This document shows positions 25,216-37,853 of a DNA stretch of 64,000 nucleotides, piece after piece. The stretch's first letter is position 1; the number at the start of each line of letters is the position of its first letter. Location: contig NW_027361741.1 in NCBI RefSeq assembly GCF_039654945.1, forward strand, positions 35,216,001 through 35,280,000, in the 5' to 3' direction. Under the pieces are notes generated by a model. It saw nothing but the letters and a program-made list of their open reading frames with translations. It ran no database searches and had not been told where the DNA came from. The DNA is from Dendrobates tinctorius. Lineage: Eukaryota. Made by a program: the position numbers and the translations under genes.

Positions 25216-26641
25216 GTGTGAGAGCTTAGGATGATTCAGCTTGTCAGTTTTTGATCATGTAAAGGCATAGACCAATGGAATGGAAATGGAAAACAAAAGT
25301 TTACTGCTTAGAAAGGCAAAATGAGCAATTGTAAGTACACAGGTCTACATAATATGATGCCGGCAATATATTAAGAGGATAAAAAGTTTGATGGGAGGAG
25401 AAGGGCTTCTTTCAGCATACATAGGTGTAATGTACTAGTGCACCTCTAAACATGTTAAATAAAGTTATGGCCACTAGGGGGCAGGATAAAACTATTCCAA
25501 TACACAGCACTTGGCTATGTGTTTCCAGTATCTTCATATGTGGTTGATTTAACAAATGTCAGCTTGTAGCAATAGCAAGAAAACCGGTCAATGATAAAGT
25601 GTGAACACAGCCACTATACACATGAAGGGATGAGTCCTTGTAACTCCAAAGTAAACTTAACTAAAAGTTAAGAGCGAAAGTGTTCCGATAAGGTGTTATC
25701 CGAGCACACGCAGGTGCTAACCGAGTGACTTCAGCGTGCTGGAATCGTATGTGTGAGTCCCCTAGGCTGTATGTCTTGCGGCGGTTCGATAATTGCATCA
25801 CATGCAGGGATTGCATACCGCAGGGGCATCCCTGCATATGTTGCGGCTGTCAAACAGCTGTGGGGCATGCTGGTGCGGGGACTTAAACATATTATTTGCG
25901 CACGTTCGATCATCACTAGTTATAAAAACCTTCCTGACCCTACTGATTGGGCCACATTCAGCTGTATCGGAGCATTGGTGGGAGAATGAAATGTGATCAT
26001 CTCGTTATATGCAGAAAATCATCCTGAAAAGCCTTTTCTGAATTGTTAGATGACCTACTGCACTAGCCTCAGGAGGCCTATATATGCGCACAGTGTAGAT
26101 CCACTAAGCTCATGCACAAGACTATTCCAAATCAGAGCTTATTGTCCGCTCCATGACTGTTCCATATCTCTGCATGCCTCCGATTATACCTTGAAGCCAG
26201 CAGTGTAACTTTTTACCCAAGAGACAATGCAAAAATCTCCTCAGGGTCCCCAACTATAATGGGGTTATTAATAGTATTGGTAGTCACATATGGGCCAAAG
26301 GGACCTTTTGGGTCTCCATAATTTCTTCCCCCAGGTGCAACTACAACCCTTGGTCTCACTCTAGTTACACCACTGCTTGAGGCACAGTGTTTTGGCACAC
26401 AGCATCACAAATCATATTACAGGTATTCGTCCTGTCCATGGGCATTACACAACAGCAAATATTGCCAGATTACAGATCTAATGCAACACTAATGGGCTCA
26501 ATTACACATTTTATACAGAATGTAAAAAAAAGCACCCGTGTTCCTTAGCTGCCAAATAATTTAGGCATTTCCCCTTAAAAAGTAATTTTATAAGTGTGGT
26601 CCAAATTGATTTGAACACCCATCAATCTAAAAATTGAGTCA

Positions 26642-26851
26642 ATTGATGAGGTTGTGAAAGCGTGTGTTATTCTGCAGAATTACATCCTGGTAAAAGAGCG
26701 ACCCAACGTGGAACCTCTTCATTCCATATTGCAGGATTACCAAGGTCACCCACTGAGGACAACAGTGGAAGTTGCCTGAATGAAGGACAAATTTGCTGCC
26801 TACTTTGTTTCTGATATTGGACGTGTGGCATGGCAAGATGAAATGGTTTAA
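26642..26851 (+). pseudogene. C-terminal fragment of a Harbinger/PIF DDE transposase
   Basis: IDEVVKACVILQNYI...DKFAAYFVSDIGRVAWQDEMV* resembles the HARBI1/ALP1-like C-terminus (KACxxLHN; R..F..YF...G.V.WQ); not an intact ORF. Confidence 0.72.
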
Positions 26852-27434
26852 GCCGCTAATAAGTAAAATGTACCTGTAATGTTTGCTGACTTTAATACTA
26901 AACACCTTGACTATATCACCTGTTAATACGTCACTCAACAATACACACATACTAAAATAAAGAGATAAAGAAAACACAGGGATTGTGAAAAATAAGAATT
27001 ATTAACAAAAAAAAAAAATTGTTTAATTTAACACTTCCTGGACCTGCTCATTCATGAAGAACGTTCCCATAGACAGTAATGTGTTTTGACGCACTTCATC
27101 TGCATGCGTATGGCTGCACATATTTGAAGCCTCAAAAAAAATGCAACATGTTGCGTTCGCCGCACACCGCGAAACGATGCATGCATCCGCAAGCAAACGC
27201 ATGTTCCTGCGTACACCATGCTAAAGATATGTACGCATGATGCATGCGGATCAAATGCTGCGCAGATATGCAAATGTGAAACCAGCTTGAGGTAGGATAT
27301 ACAAGGTAAGGCAGAGGAACCACAAGCACGTCATCATGCCCCCATGCACTTCCAGACTTAACTTCACAACATGATTTCTCACTGTTTCAGCAGCACTTTG
27401 GGGGTCATAAAGGGATAATTACCTCATCTTTTAA

Positions 27435-30091
27435 CCCCTTCCCAATATTGTACATACCCCATGTATCATAGCAATTTTGAGCGCTCAGAAGCTGACACCT
27501 GGCTCTCACTGCCAGGAGCACCACACCCAGCAGTTTAACCACCTAAATGCTGCATTCTACATTAATTTTAGCATTTAGAAGGCAGGGAGCTCCTTATCCC
27601 CTCCAATTGTTGCCCCCACGATGTCGAGAGGGTCCAATTGTTGCCATGGTTACCCCGGGTCACGAGGCTAGTAAGCTTGTTAGGTTGAGTTCATACTGCG
27701 TTAGGGGGGGTGCGTTTAACGCATCCATTACATAGCAGCGTTAACGCTATGTAACAGATGCGTTAACGCACCCATAGATGGCAATAATGTAGCGCATCGC
27801 TAATGCATGTCATAAGCGGCACACAATAGCAATGTGCTGTCTTTTGGTGACGGACCCTCGGACATGGTCTGCAGCGTTCGAGGGTCCGTCGCTGCTAGCG
27901 CGATCGCGTTAGAGAGTAGCGTCAATGCAGTCCGTCAACGCTATGTGTTGAACGGACTGCGTTAACGCTATGTGAACTCAGCCTTAGAGCATGTTCAGAG
28001 AAAGGTCTAACAAGCTTGTGTGTCAGTGCACAACCGAGTTATAACACATTGTAATGCAAGTGCACTGCTGTGCTTTATAACTGCGAGCAGACTGAAAATA
28101 GTTCTAATACAAACGTAAACTTGTCCTGCAAAAAACAAAGCCCTTACATGACTGTCAGCCAAAATATGTAGACGTTATAACTTTTAAAATATGGTGATGA
28201 AGTCTTTGTGTGTGACAGGTGCCAAACAGAAAAAATCCGAGCTTAATCTGGTATCGCTGTAATCGCACCGACCCGAAGAAAACAGTTGCCTAATCACTTA
28301 TACTGCAGGAGGAACGGCGTAAAAAATAAAACCAATTCTTCACCTGCTGAATTGTTCATTCTACCGCCCAAAGATCACAAGTAAGGCTCGGCGTACATTT
28401 ATCCTGTGCTCTCCGCTGAGTGCTTACACCGCGGTTTTCGTGTAAATCTCTGAGATACGCGATTCAGGCGGAACCTCTGGCGGAAGATTCCCTATAATGA
28501 TGCAGATAATGCTGTCTGGCCTATGAGCATGCGATGTCCGTCTTTATTAGATGAGCATAAAGTGACGTTGGCTACAGTTTTGTGCTCTTCTAAAAAGGAC
28601 AACGCTGAACAGAGGCCAATCATGGTCCAGAGTAAGGCTATGTGCACACGCTGCGGATTCTGCTGCGGTTCCGCAGCGTTTTTGGCCCTGCGGATCCGCA
28701 GCAGTTCTGCAGACATGGTACAGTACTATGTTATCCTATGGGTCTTCAAAACCGCTGTGCCCACGCTGCGGTTTTTTCCACAGTTTTGGTGCGGTTTACA
28801 GACCGCAGCATGTCAATTCTGCAGATTCCGCAGCGGTTTGACACCTGTTCCATTGTCCAGGTGTCAAACCGCAGGTCACTTTACCTGCGGATCCACGCGG
28901 AAAAACCCGCAGATGAATCCACAGCGTGTGCACATAGCCTTACTCTGCTGCCTCATTTCAGTGAGTGCCTTCCTCAGGGGGGTTTCATCTAAATAACGTC
29001 ACTGGGAGACTTAGCGCGGGATAAACGTGATCCAAAATGTTATGTAAAATGTTCCCAACAAAAGCTTCAATTCAATCCACAAAAAAAAAAAAGCAAGCCC
29101 TCACTCAGGTCCGTCATCTGTTAACAAAAATATAAGGGGCTTCCATGTTAATGATCATACAAAGGCTCCTCACCGTTCAGCAAAATTCTACACTCCCAAA
29201 TCCAAATGCCCTCCTCCCTTCTGAGCCCCAGTGTGTCTAAACCATATTTAGCATACACATTTTTGAAGTGTTAAGAGTCCACCAGATTTATGGGTGCGTA
29301 TCTCCAGAAGCACGGCTGCGTATACTCAATTCCCAGTAGAGAATGTAAAATCTGGGGCCAAAACAAAATTTTGGTGGTAAAAATGTAGTTATTTTGTCTT
29401 CACTGCCCAATGGTATAAAATTCTGTGACACACCCATGGTGTCAATATGATCACTGCACCCCTAGATGTATTCATTGAGGTCACTTATTTGGGGGGGGTT
29501 TCTGCTGTGTTGGCACCTCAGGGGCTCTGCCAATGTGACATGGCACCCACAAACCATAACAGTAAAATCTACACTATAATATGGTGTTCCTTCCCATTGG
29601 AGCTTTGCACTATGCCTCAAAAGTAGTTTACAAGCACATATGTGGTAATGGTGTACTCAGGACAAATTGGACAACAAATTTTGGGTTCAAATTTTCTTGT
29701 TACCCTTGTGAAAATAAAAAAATTTGCTGATCAATTTCTAACCTTTCTAACTTCCTAACAAAAGAAAAACTATGTTTCAAAAATGAAGATTTAAAATAGA
29801 CATGTGGTAAATGTCAATTAGAAACTATTTTGTGTGACATTTCTGGTTTAAGGGCTTAAGAATTAAAAGTTTGGAAACTGCAAAATATTCCAAATTCCCT
29901 AGATTTTCACAAATAAACGCAAGTCAATGTGAACAAATGTTACCACTATCATGAAGTACAATATGTCAATAGAAAAAAAATCTCAGAATCAGTTGAAGAG
30001 TTCAAGTTATTACCACATAAAGTGACACTGGTCAGAACTGTAAAGTTTGGCATGGTCATGAAGGCGAAAACAGGCTTGGGGGCTGAAGGAG
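27435..30091. mobile_element. TTAA-flanked non-autonomous element related to 43034-46679 (opposite orientation), with nested MITEs
   Basis: TTAA|ccccttc ... aaggag|TTAA; the 29400-30090 segment is reverse-homologous to 43034-43900. Confidence 0.7.
28636..28939. mobile_element. PIF/Harbinger-type MITE, same family as 16905-17258
   Basis: TIR ggctatgtgcacacgctg / cagcgtgtgcacatagcc. Confidence 0.85.
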
Positions 30092-31340
30092 TTAAAGGGC
30101 TACATTGTCAAATTTTTTGGTGGGAGTTGGGCAAGCCGTCTTCCCTTACACCTGGTCGGGAGGCCTCGATACACTGAATGGTTGGCGGGTTCAGATGACT
30201 TGGGAGAGTTGCTTCAATTTGCATTTAGAAAGAAAAAAAAAAAACTTAACACATCTGCTGTACATATGATCCTCCTATACAATATTACTAAATAACAGCA
30301 CTAGTAAATAAAACACCGAATACTAACTTTTAGGTTTCTGCTGTTCAGAGAATTAGCTGTAACAACCCCTGATGTGTATTCGAGCATGGGAATCAACCGT
30401 TCAATCTAAAGGAAGGATTTCACAAAGGAAAGCAAGTATATTCAGGGGGCTCTGGAGCGGAGACCCCTCCACACAGGGCAGGTCCCACCTCTAACAGCAG
30501 CTACCAGAGCTAGCTCGGATCAGCGCAGCTTAACCACTTAAATGCCACTGTCAGGAAAAAACAGCAATATTTAAGAGGCAGATCTATTCTGGTGAGAAGT
30601 TATGATTGACGCCTCCCCATCCCACCCATTGCAGTGATTATGCCCCCCCAGTTAATTTGTCAGGGGACAAAATCCCCCCCCTCCATTAGCTGGGCAGCCT
30701 ACTTTTATCTAATACACAAGGGGGTCTTTACCAAAGGGGTGACCCTTCACACACTGTTGCTTTGTACAGTGCTGTGTGTTACCCGGACGGTAGTGACACG
30801 AGAAATAGAGAGGCAAGGACTTACAGGATGCCGGGTCCAGCATCCACTCTGGTACCCTATGGCAGCCGGGCCAGAGAAGATTCCTAGGTTGGCACTCAAA
30901 TACGAAAATCCTGGGCCGCTCTGGGGTTTACCAGACCCCTGCAATGTCGCAATGTTACTAAGCGTTGCAGGGGTCTTGTAATCGCCACAGGCGTCCGGGA
31001 GGAAAGATCCGGCCACCATGGATTACTGGCGTGGACGCCGGACCAGGGTAGTGCGAATCTTAGGAAGGGGAGCAGGAGCGGCAAGATTCTAGAGAGGAAA
31101 GAAAAAGTGCATAATTTATGTATTAAGGAAGCCACCAGTACATAAAAAAGTAATTTATTCTTATATACAGGGAGGAGTAGAAAGCTGCGCAGTACGAGGA
31201 GGCCGCCCGGCGGCGTGACCTTACATCGGCCCCTCCAGAGTGACCTCAATAGGGGACAATCCACAGCCCCCATTATAGTGTGTACTGGGGGCAGGCAGAA
31301 GCAGGAGGCTGAGGCCCCAACACTAGGACCCTGGTGCCAG

Positions 31341-31859
<519 letters not shown>

Positions 31860-31934
31860 ATGTGGCTGCAAATGGCAGCTGCTCGCTGCTGGCGGCCGAC
31901 GGCGCTGAAGCGGTTGCTGTCCCTGCACACTAAG
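31860..31934 (+). CDS. GATC: Glutamyl-tRNA(Gln) amidotransferase subunit C, mitochondrial, coding exon 1
   Basis: MWLQMAAARCWRPTALKRLLSLHTK is transit-peptide-like; donor AAG|gtaaag; head-to-head with TRIAP1. Confidence 0.85.
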
Positions 31935-32011
31935 GTAAAGGCTTGTCGGGTAAGCAGTGTGCCGCCGGCAGGGAGCAGCAGTCCGGTCACCATGTGAACT
32001 TTGCCTTTCAG

Positions 32012-32059
32012 GTACCGCAGAATCCGACTTGGAGCATTGAAGCCGACACAAGCAAGCAG
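32012..32059 (+). CDS. GATC: GATC coding exon 2 (48-nt, phase 0-0)
   Basis: Acceptor ttgcctttcag|, VPQNPTWSIEADTSKQ, donor CAG|gtaatg; keeps frame between exons 1 and 3. Confidence 0.75.
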
Positions 32060-34570
32060 GTAATGGCTTCCTTATGAGCCCAGCCTCCATCATAACCGGG
32101 GCATGGACGGATAATACAGATTGCCCAGTAATCACCTCAGTGTGCTGAATAACATGACAAATAATCTAGACTTACTGCTTCCACCAATCGGTATCTTATG
32201 TAAACTTCGTCAGATTCTGCTCCTGGAAAAATGCTTATATTGCTTGTATTAGACCAGCTGGGAGCATTGGCACTTGTCTGGGAGGCAAATATTGTTTCTC
32301 CCCTTTATCTAGCAATCTGGGCCATTAATATTGTGTTGTCCAGAAATTGACAATCCCCAAAGAGTAATAAAATGATCCTCGTCACATAAAATGACAGCAT
32401 GTCCTAGTCACTCGTCAGAATGGGCTGGAGTCAAAACACAGCTCCCGAGACCCGTGTCTCAACTGTCAGAGGAGCTGAATCTAAGCACATACCAGTCAGC
32501 GCTGTGACAGGAGAAATACATGTCTTCGGCTGGGTGAAAAACTCCTTTGTGCCCAGTCAGCTGAGAAGATTTATGTCTTCTCTTCAATACGTCCAGCTTG
32601 CCCTGGAATTGTGACTAAGATGGGCTACTAGTTGAATTACATGACTCTGGCCATTTTATTACATTCTTGGAGACCCCTTTTAAGGTTTTTCTCTTTTTTT
32701 TTTCCCCATCTCATCTTTTCATGGACAAGATGGGAATAACTGCTTTTAGGTCCTGGCTGCACGAAGCTGTCTCCCATAGAAATGAATAGTAATTGTGGAA
32801 ACAGGGTAGCGCAGCGAGCGATGTGATTGCCTCTCCTGAGCAGATATGCCAACTGCATGCTTTGTGGCAATGTTTGTATAACGCCCGATCATTTCTATGT
32901 GTTACGCCAGCAGTGCTCTACAATGTTTGTATTGCCGACTCTGGTGGTCAGGACATAGAAGCAGTTATTCCCGTCTTGGCCAGGAAAGGCACAGATGTGG
33001 TTAACCCTTTATCACAGAGATCACAATTTGTTACTGACAGGACTTCAGACGTCTTATGTGTCATGACCGCCGTTCTTCTGACCCACACTCAGCAGCCTCA
33101 CATACCCATGATCCCGTCAGGAGACCCACAGCCCGTTCATGTACGGTGGTCCGGACGTCTGAACTTCGCCTTAGCTAGCTTACACTAACTTGTTCTGGAA
33201 GTTACTTCAATGGTGCTGCTTTGTAAAACGAAAACCAGCTGATCTGTAGAATGTGAAAATTAATAAAAACTGAGGCGAGGTTCTTGTACCAGTGGAAACT
33301 TCTCTTGCTCGCCAACCTTATCAGACGGCCCCATTCCCCCGAGAGAGGCAGTAAGTGTGGTTTTTGCCTCCATTAGGCTGGTATACCTTTTCCGCCGTGT
33401 GGAATTTTGCAGCACACTGCTCTAGTGTCAGACGCATTCTGAAGTGCAAGGGGGAAAAAATGCGTAAATATAATATATTGTGCTTAGCGGTTTTTTTAAA
33501 TAGCCAAAATATAAATGTTACAAATGTTTGTGCCAAACAGATGTGAAAGTTGCATTTTTTTTAACCAATAAAATGTATTGCGTTCAGATTAGTTGTCACT
33601 TCTTCCTCTGTGTGATCGTTCAACTCAAGTTAACCGTAAAATTACCACCAAAAGTTAGAAATGTTAGTTATGCTTTCCTGATCTCCACCACACACACACA
33701 CGGCGCATGTCAGGTGTGGGAGTATGAAGTGGGCTCATGAGCGGAGCCTGTAACAACCGACATAGGAGCTGGGCTCCAATCGCTACTGTTAACCCCTTCA
33801 AACATCAATTTCTGATGGCAACATTTTAAGGGAACTTGTCACGTCTAATGATGCTGGTAAAGGAACTCTTCTCAACTCAGGATGACTGTTGAAACAAAGT
33901 ACTTCTGCTCGGTGCTTCACAGCGAGGCCAGTCATTTATATACACCTTCCCACATGCTTCTGGCTTCATAGGGCCGTAGGACGGATATGGAGTGAAAATG
34001 TATATAGATGATTGGCCCTGCCGTCAAGCACTGCATGTCTGAACGTGATTAAACAGTGAATGTCCCTTTAAATGATTGGCCATGGCATGAAGCATTGACC
34101 AGCGGGATTTCATAAGTCATCCTGTGCAGACAGTCCTTTTAAAGGGAATCTGTCACCCCCTGGGATGTGTATAACCTATTGATATGGGCATATAGGTAAT
34201 AGAAATGTTACACTAGTCCTACCTGTCTGCCACATAGTAATGGTTTTGATAAGAAATGTTATTCTTTGTTATTGATTTCTTCCAAGCTGCGGTGGCCTTG
34301 ATGAAATCCCTGCCTCCAGTCTTCATTGTAATACTTGCCCCCTCCCATTAGCATCGGTTATGGCCCTGGAATTCCTCAAGAATAGATACCTCATCCTCCC
34401 TTCTATGAGCACTAAGTATTACAATGAAGACAGGAGGCAGGGATTTCTTCCAGGCACCATGCGCCCCAGAGCCTGTAAGAAATCATTAACAAATATAACA
34501 TTTCTCAGTATCAAGACCAATGAGGCATACAGGTAAGACTAGCTTAACATTTCTATTACCTGTATGCCCT

Positions 34571-34831
34571 TCATTTGCACAAGGAAAGACTAGAAGCAAT
34601 GGGATGAAACTGACTGGGACGAGACAGATTAGATTTTAGAAAAAAACTTTTTGACAGGGTGATCAATGAGTGGAACAGGCTGCCATGAGCGGTGGTGAGC
34701 TCTCCTTCAATGGAAGTCTTCAAACAGAGGCTGGACAGACATCTGTCTGAGATGATTTAGCAAATCCCGCATGGAGCAGGGGGTTGGACCAGATGACCTA
34801 GGAGGTCCCTTCCAACTCTACCAATCTATGA
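34571..34831 (+). mobile_element. CR1 3'-terminal fragment in GATC intron 2
   Basis: Matches 51690-51950 (tcatttgcacaaggaaagactagaagc...ccaactcta..atctatga). Confidence 0.92.
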
Positions 34832-36263
34832 CAAATTTAAACTACATATGGATCTAGCTATTTGTAGCTACATAGGTGTACAGCTTAAATAGCTTCAGGT
34901 TGTGTTACAATCCCTGATGGTTAGATAATGTCGGCAGTCCTTTTGCTTGTCACTACTTATACAACTTGAGGCTATTTGAGCTGTACACTTATTTGTTGCC
35001 AAATAAGGACTCCACTAGTGCAGCAATTTGCTTATGATACATTTAACCAGGCAGGACCAGTAAGTTTAATGTGCACCTTTATGTATAATTTGCACTCTTG
35101 ACTCATTTTAAATAAGCAGTTAAGTGTTATTTTGGATTGGCTACAATTAGATTTTTTGGGCCTCTGGCTACTGGAAAGTGCTGTGGAATATGTTGGCGCT
35201 ATAGAAATAAAATTGGATTTAATTAGTCCCTACAGACACCATTGAGCAATTTTGGTGTGATGAAAATGACAGCTTGCGCTGTAAAAAAAAAAAACCTCCT
35301 ACAGCTCAATTACCAGACGAGTAAAATAGTTGTCTTTTTCTAACACCTTAAATATCAATTTCAGATTTTTAAGTAGATGCAGCTTGGTAGCAGCATGATC
35401 ACATGGAACTGAAAATCATGATTTTAAGTTACTTTTACAATACAATGAACACAATGTCTGCAATTGCATCATTGCTTTTTTTTTTTTCTATAGATTAGTG
35501 CTATTTTTCCCTGCATAGTATTTGATTAAATCGGATTCAAAACCTCAACTCTTGCTTGCTGCAAAATACAAGTCCTTGTATTGCTGGGAAAAAGTTGCTT
35601 AAAAAAAAAAAACTGCAGTGGGAAGGGGTTAAAGTTAGTATTAGATGGTATAGCATTTTAAAGGGAACCAGTTAGAGTACTAAGCATTAGACAGACCGGA
35701 GTTTGCCTTAGTGGAGCAGTGAGTACAGGGAGAAAATGAAATTTTACTCACCCTGCGGCTGCTCGCTACCAGTTAGTCGCCGCTCACTATACACTTAGCA
35801 CATTACCCCTATATCCACAGGTTTGTGATCACTGCAGGTTCCCTTTAATTGGATCTATTTTAATGAACATCTGCCATCTTGCTCACTTATGGCAGCATAA
35901 GTACAAATACTATCTTACCCTTTTCTATCTATAGAGAAAACCAAAAGCAAAACACAAAACAAATATCCTGGAATAAAAAAGTATATTGCAAAAATTGCAT
36001 GAAGGTAGTAATAATAGTAATAAGGGTATTTAGTTAACATAATTTTGATCAAAATAATGTAGAAGCCATCCCGCCACGGCAACCCTTGTGGGACAGTCCT
36101 AACTCTTGTATTTAAAACCTTTCCACTTGTCAAGTGACGTAAATGTGAACAAGGACAGAGGGACTGAACCACCAATAATAGTATAGGCCAGACAGGATGG
36201 ATTTTCCAACTCAGAAACAGGGCGGTCACACCCTTATATGCACAGAATGCACAATGAAACAAG

Positions 36264-36345
36264 TGAGAAACTGGGTCTGAGCAGAAAAAGTAAATTAATG
36301 TGCATGCACATTAATTTACTTTTTCTGCTCAGACCCAGTTTCTCA
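36264..36345. repeat. Perfect 82-bp spacerless palindrome
   Basis: 41-bp arms exactly complementary about tgca|tgca (36304/36305). Confidence 0.95.
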
Positions 36346-36460
36346 TTTCCCTTTTCTATCTATATAATATACTCTTGTTCTGTATTAAGTCTATCCAGCA
36401 TGCTAATGCAAGTCATTTCAGGAAACCTTATTAGTGTGAAAAAATACTTATTTTTTTTAG

Positions 36461-36630
36461 GACTGTCATGTGTCTACAGCTGTAATAGATCACCTAGAAC
36501 GACTGGCATTAGTTGACTTTCGCAACCAAGAGGGAGTAGAGCGCTTGGAGAGAGCAATTCATTTTGCCAATCAGCTGCACCATGTGAACACAGAAGGTGT
36601 TGAACCACTGTCATCAGTGTTAGAGGACAG
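36461..36630 (+). CDS. GATC: GATC coding exon 3
   Basis: ttttttttag|; [57 protein letters not shown] matches the GatC core ([16 protein letters not shown]); donor AG|gtatag. Confidence 0.95.
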
Positions 36631-36697
36631 GTATAGTATAAAGTAGGGTCCTCCAACCTACCAAATGAGTTAACTAAAAATCCTGCTTCTTTTGTAG

Positions 36698-36801
36698 GAT
36701 ACTTTACATGAGAAATGACGCAGTCACAGCTGGGAACTGTACAGACCTACTACTAGAAAATGCAAAGACTGTTGTTGAAGATTATTTTGTAGCACCTCCC
36801 G
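36698..36801 (+). CDS. GATC: GATC coding exon 4
   Basis: tttgtag|; [34 protein letters not shown]; donor G|gtattc. Confidence 0.95.
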
Positions 36802-36880
36802 GTATTCATATATAATATACTATGTAAATGTAGAGATGTAATTGTGCAGTGGAAGCTGATATATTCTTCTATGCCAACAG

Positions 36881-36942
36881 GAAACATTCCTTTGCCACCC
36901 CAGGACCATGTATACCTCTCTTCCACCAAAGATGATCCGTGA
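36881..36942 (+). CDS. GATC: GATC coding exon 5
   Basis: gccaacag|; (G)NIPLPPQDHVYLSSTKDDP*; 152 aa in total with exon 2; AATAAA at 37037-37042. Confidence 0.92.
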
Positions 36943-37460
36943 CTTGTGTGAAAACAAAGAATGCCGCACTAGGAAACCTCACTGTTTTATTAGGACAGCT
37001 ACAGATGTTTATTTTATCCAACTGAAACACTTTCATAATAAAAGGAAACACATACAAACTTGATCGGGGATTAAAAGTTATTTCAAATAATATCGTTCTA
37101 ACAAATTTGTGGGAGTAGATCTATATAGAAGACAAACATCAACATTCCCTTATGTTTGTCTCAGCGCCACAGCATTCCACCTTGCTATATCCCGTATACC
37201 TATCATTCACTGCACACTTACTCAAACATCAGATCAGGCAAAATACTGTGTTGCCTCCTTAAACGATGACAGAAATTGAAAGAAACCATAAACGTCTGAT
37301 GTACAGAGCACACGACTCCTAAAAAATCAAATAAAAACAAAACGTAATACGGGCAGAAAATAATGGTATAAAAGACAGTTGATGAAATCCATCAGTTGTG
37401 GAATGTAAGAGCAGATGGTCTTCAGACTTAAACGCATAGAAAGTGTCCCTGCGTGGCAGC

Positions 37461-37598
37461 TCAGTACTGTCGGAAGGGGGAGGCATAACGGGGGGAACGA
37501 CGACTTTGATAGGGAGAATCACGGCCCCTAGAGCGGGATCTGGATCGGGAATAGCTGGCATTCCTCTCAGCACAGACCCGGATGTAAGAAGTTTCACC
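37461..37598 (-). CDS. SRSF9: SRSF9 coding exon 4 (short RS domain)
   Basis: ccattctag|; [45 protein letters not shown]; 225 aa in total. The short RS tail and synteny distinguish it from SRSF1. Confidence 0.95.
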   Translation of the reverse strand, partial: GETSYIRVCAERNASYSRSRSRSRGRDSPYQSRRSPRYASPFRQY

Positions 37599-37680
37599 CT
37601 AGAATGGAAAAAAAAAAATCATAAGATTCCTCTCTGTACAATGGTTTACAATATAAGGAAATACATATAAGCCACCTTAC

Positions 37681-37853
37681 TTCATGAGAACGAAACTTTG
37701 TGTCATCCAGCTTCCTCAAAGCATATTCCATGTCTTCCTTGCGAATAAACTCCACAATCCCCATTCCATCCTTGTGTACATCAGCATAGCAGACATCTCC
37801 AGCTTCTCTCATATGATCTTTCAGATCCTGCCAACTCCCTGATGGGGGAAGCC
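37681..37853 (-). CDS. SRSF9: SRSF9 coding exon 3 (pseudo-RRM2)
   Basis: gtttcag|; [58 protein letters not shown] with the SWQDLKD signature; donor GAA|gtaagg. Confidence 0.96.
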
